Shown piece after piece: positions 59,536 through 64,000 of a stretch of 64,000 nt of DNA. The notes under the pieces are model-generated. The model searched no databases, was not told the origin of the DNA, and was given only the letters and a program-made list of their open reading frames with translations. The position numbers and the translations under genes were made by a program. This stretch comes from Acanthaster planci (lineage: Eukaryota), in assembly GCF_001949145.1 (NCBI RefSeq), contig NW_019091359.1, forward strand, positions 2,182,540 to 2,246,539, written 5' to 3'. Positions within the stretch are counted from its first letter, which is position 1; each line of letters opens with the position of its first letter.

Positions 59536-60834
59536 TTAAGCTCAACAAAACCTGATCCTACAAAGATCTTTCTTCAACTCCTCTCTGAATCGTCTATTAG
59601 CTACTCCGTAGGCCTATATCAAGGGTTTAGTGGCGCTTTTGATGAACAGAGCTAACATAACTGCCTCTGATATCTTCAAATCTGCGTGCTCGATGGTGGA
59701 ATTTCCCACATGTAGCGCCACTGAGCGACAAACTAAAAAAATCGAAAATGGCAACAAGGTTAGGATATTAAAACACAAGGCTAGTGATGAAGAACAACCT
59801 GGTTGCAGGAGTACACCACCGGACCTTTGGGGACGTGCTGTGTCCTGTCAACTGACCCAGGGTGGCACCATCTGTCTTTATCAGAGCCAAGCTGATCTCT
59901 CTGGATGGACACACGTTCAAGTAGTGTTTTCTGGTTGAGGTCTGCACCGAGACACTTCATACCCGTTTGCTTTCTGGACACATCACGAATGGCGTTACTT
60001 GATATTGTGAAGGCCTCCAGCTGCCATCGCATGGTGGTTTTTTTTATTTTTTTTTATTTTTTTTAGGTGCCTGGTTGATAAGAGGAAGGCGACACCTGGT
60101 TGTGGACAAATGTGGATATAGATGGGGGATTGACATTTGCCACATGAAAGTTTTCCATGTGTTGTGCGGTGCCTTGCAAGTTTTCCGATCGTTTGCTGAC
60201 AACTTTTAAAGCATAGTCGGTTGCCCTTGCTGGTTTCTCAACGTCACCTTTGACATGCTTCCGGATGGTAGCGTAAACTCTTCCGTAGGACACTATAATC
60301 GACACAAACGCGACCGAGAAAGAAAACATGTAGAGTGCTACCTGCGCCTGATGTACGGCATGATTCGACCAGTTCGTGATTTCTATGAAAGCTGGAGCTG
60401 TGACCACAAACGCAACCAGCAATGCGGCCAATCGCTATCTTAGTTCTACTGAGGGTGAAAAACCACCTTTGTGGGCGGCATGCGATCCAATGCGATCAGC
60501 ATTACAGTAAGGAGGGAGGACATGACCACGTGCTCTGTGGCCCTGATGAAACAAAAGAAAATACTGTTCTCTGTACTTTTACTGGCCAGAGCAAAGGCCC
60601 TCTTTGATACCTGGACGATTCTTAAGAAGCCGAGGGTCAGGTCGGCCCAGGCCAAGGCCATGATCAGGGCATGGGTACTAGTCTTACGGGTCTTGGTCAA
60701 GGAGACACGGAGGACGAGGCAGTTGCCAGGTACGCCAAACACGAACACGATGGAGTTTGCAATTATTGCTGACAAATCGAACACAGACGAATCCTGCAGT
60801 GTCTGCAGTGTGTTATTTTGATCTCAAAAAGCAT
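59536..60834 (-). pseudogene. Third, more decayed GPCR paralog
   Basis: Fragments GVPGNCLVLRV..LAWADL..IALDR (60446-60784), TM4-5 (60063-60431), ICL3 and TM6-7 remnants; several frameshifts and a T-rich insertion at ~60037-60064. Confidence 0.88.
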
Positions 60835-61384
60835 AACGCATCAAGAGTGAAGACGGGGTGCGGCAGCTGTGGCGTGCGTACAGTGTTGGCGGATGACCGT
60901 ACCCTTGGTCTCCGATCTAGTCCCATTGACAGCGAATGATTGATGTGACTGGTACCTTTCCTGAGGAAGCTGGTATCCATGGTAACTGAGAAGTACTAAG
61001 TTCCTGTTGATTGTAATTTGTTGTGACACAAGTGGAATAAACCATGCCTGTATAGTCCTGGTGAATTATTAAGAGAAAACTGTGCCTGCGATACAAGTTG
61101 GAAATGGGCACAGAACCACAGTAAAATCGAAATATCTAACCACGCTTTATATAGGGCTAAACCGGTGAAGCACTAAATAGTGATAACAATTATTGAAATC
61201 AGTTCCCTTTTTTTTCTCAGGAACTAAAAAGTAGAACACGCAAGGTGGAATCCTTCAGGCAGTTTTGTCGTGGTTGTTTTTTCTTGGTTCTTTTTCCGAA
61301 CGGAATTCTCTTCTTTTAGGTCGGCAGGCACATCATTTTGTCTTTTGCGTATGTTAGTATTCACCATTAATACTAATAGTTTGC

Positions 61385-62726
61385 ACGCATGCACCTTTAT
61401 TAGGTTTTAGAGTGTTACTATTTTAAGAACTAGCTTCAGCCACCCACATGATGGAAAATTACAGTTAACAGTACTTTTAACCACAAAAATGATCATTCAC
61501 TCGCTTGTTTATTATTGAACATTTGAAAGCGCCGAACAAAGTGGGAAGAAAGCAGATTTCAATGGTTTTCCTTCCTTTTGCTCGTTAGCGTGTCACAGAC
61601 GACTGATGTCGGTCAATTTATAACAGCCAAAATAATGAAATATTGATGCGATCCAGTTGTGGTTTTGTGATCGCAGGACCGTAGTCCGATATTTGTGTTA
61701 TTGTATCGGAGAAGAAAGGTTTATACAGGCAGCAGTCAGCAGATTTTTTTTTATTTATTCCCGTGGGAGTTATATTAAAGTGGTGATAAATTTCACGGAT
61801 ACATACATGCATCTCATTTTATTGCCGCCAAATTATAGTCTCAAACTAAAAAGTATTGTATTAATTGTATCAATTGCTAGGTGTAAGATGGGAATTGCCA
61901 ACGGGATCGCATTTTCCTGCAAAAGAACTGCAGTAAACAAGCCCATGTTTTGTTCGCTAGTCTGAAAAGTAGCCCTAAAAATTGCAGAAAGAAAAATAAC
62001 TCTATCGAAAAGGGTCTGGTCACGTTGATTTCTGAAATTTTATCGGTATCCTCAGACATTCGCTTTACGTAGGCTACATACATAGATTTGTTTTTGGTGC
62101 GTTTACTGAGCAGCAGGCTATGATCGTGCAGGGCATATTGTGCTTCCGGTAATGTCAACAGCGTCTCTATTGTTAATGGTTACAGAGACAGATCAGACTA
62201 CGCGAAACCAGACTGGAATGAACTGGGCAAGACCAGACCAGTGATTTGAAATTCGTAGGTGATCCCCACATGGTGGAAAAAATATGGAATGCCCAATTTT
62301 GATATTCTGTTTAAAAAAAACTCTGTTAACTTCTGTTTGCATGCAACCGTTGTTTCTCAGATACAATAACGCAAAATATCGGACTACTATCACGCAAAAC
62401 TAGTAGATAAAAAGACACAAAACCACAACTGGATCGCATCAATATTTCATTATTTTGGCTGTTATAAATTGACTGACATCAGTAGTCTGTGACACGCTAA
62501 CGAGCACTTCAAGATTTCATGAATGTGGACTTTATACAAAAGGAAAGAAAACCATTGAAATCTGCTTTCTTCCCACTTTGTTCGGCGCTTTCAAATGCTC
62601 AATAATAAACAAGCGAGTGAATGATCATTTTTTGTGCTTAGAATTACTGTTAACTGTAATTGTCCATCATGTAGGTGACTTAAGCTAAAATAGCGACATT
62701 CTAAAACCTAATAAAGGTGCATACAT
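61385..62726. mobile_element. Non-autonomous DNA transposon / foldback element with ~300-350 bp TIRs
   Basis: 61389-61670 is the reverse complement of 62416-62722 (ccacaactggatcgcatcaatatttcattattttggctgttataaattgac; aatctgctttcttcccactttgttcggcgctttcaaatg) with a ~30-bp indel; weaker inverted similarity continues inward; no transposase ORF. Confidence 0.9.
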
Positions 62727-64000
62727 GAGTAGTGGGGGTCAGTTTAGTACAGTTTGACCTTTTCGACAAAAATAGCAAAAGGTCACATTAATATGCATAA
62801 GTATAATAATAATATGACATTGATATGAATAGGAATGAGGATAGGGTCAAAAATTATAGTACAGATTGACCTTTGGTAAGGGATAGGCATAAGGTCAGAA
62901 AGTTTGGTACAGGTTGGCCCTGCTGTATGGGATCAAATAGGAGTAAGGCCTAGCACGGGGTAAAAATTTTTGGTACAATTTGACCTTGCTTATGAAATTA
63001 TGGCACAACATGATGAAAGAGGATGAGTCATACAGTGTGTGATGGTATACTGGCCCACCAGGCGATCCTAATGTAATCAAGGAGCAGGAAGCGATAATCC
63101 CTACACAAAGGACCGTCACTCGCCGCCGGGTTGTGAGTGATAATCCCTCGACAATGGACTGTACATAGTGGTGAGCTATGTCAGCGGACTATTGTGTTAA
63201 TGATTACATTGTGTACATTGGAAGTGAGCGTTGGTCCGACTTAACCTTCGGACACTAAAGGAGAGAGGGTGTCCAAGTGCTAACGGTCTTGCGTTTAGCT
63301 TACTATGGCTACCAAGATTTGATCGATACGGGAAGAAGACCCTGCTGTCCCTAGCTGAATCTTTATTCCTTTGAACGAGAGTGTTTGACGTCGCTTTCCC
63401 TGTAAATGTATATGGTTCGGGCTCTGGCAGAATTTTTAAAATTCTTTGAACGGATGTTTTACGGCGGTTTAATACCCTGTACATGTATACATTTTTGCAA
63501 ATTCAGTCAGAGCGGAGCGTTACTGTTGTTCTTTATTGTGGGAACTAAATGTGAAATACAGCATTATATAAAATTAAGAATTCTTGGGGGCGGCATGACG
63601 TCAGTTGGGGATTTTTAACACATAGCAAAGGGGTAAATTTATTCGTCGTGCTGTGGAATATTGTGTAGAAGTTCCGGCCAATATCTGATCTGAGAATTAT
63701 TATTCGATAGTCATACCGATAAGTATAACACTAAATAAATTCGTTGGACTTTACATATTGGTTTCTGGTAGGTTGGTACTGGTACCGTTTTATTTCCTTT
63801 TGTTCATCATTGATTTTTTACAATAATTATCTTCGTAATTTTAAGAATTACTACAAGAGTGATTACAAGAAGTTTGTTAACTTTGAAATCAGAGGCATTA
63901 CATTACTCATTCTTTTTGGAACTATTTGTCTCTACAGACTGTTATCTTTTAGGCATGCTCCTCTTCGTCATGAAACAGTCCGGCAAATTTTTCAGCATGT

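Noticed and set aside
63197..63618. Short ORFs at the window end
   Set aside because: No recognisable domain, splice pattern or paralog.

Overview
Eukaryotic genomic DNA from an invertebrate animal; an echinoderm such as a sea star is my best guess from gene content, but this is not provable from the sequence. The window holds a complete + strand WASHC4 gene (SWIP/KIAA1033, WASH complex subunit 4). I reconstructed it by hand as 36-37 GT-AG coding exons from ATG 1168 to stop 45513 or 46304, about 1175-1183 aa, with consistent phases throughout. Its two largest introns each carry an antisense array of intronless genes. Intron 12 (10806-18578) has two intact atypical class A GPCRs interleaved with decayed copies of an unidentified module. 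Intron 20 (22890-34564) has six secreted C-type lectin copies: one intact, one with a single TGG>TAG change, and four pseudogenes. Downstream (50-61 kb, minus strand) is a second, unrelated single-exon GPCR array with one intact gene and two pseudogenes. Conserved non-coding motifs stand out: RFX X-boxes upstream of the lectins and downstream GPCRs, and a TATA box plus an ETS-IRF composite site upstream of the nested GPCRs. Also present: MITEs (some with TSDs), tRNA-derived SINEs, LINE remnants, two minisatellites and a 1.3 kb long-TIR element. All homology calls come from recalled family motifs; no database searches were run.
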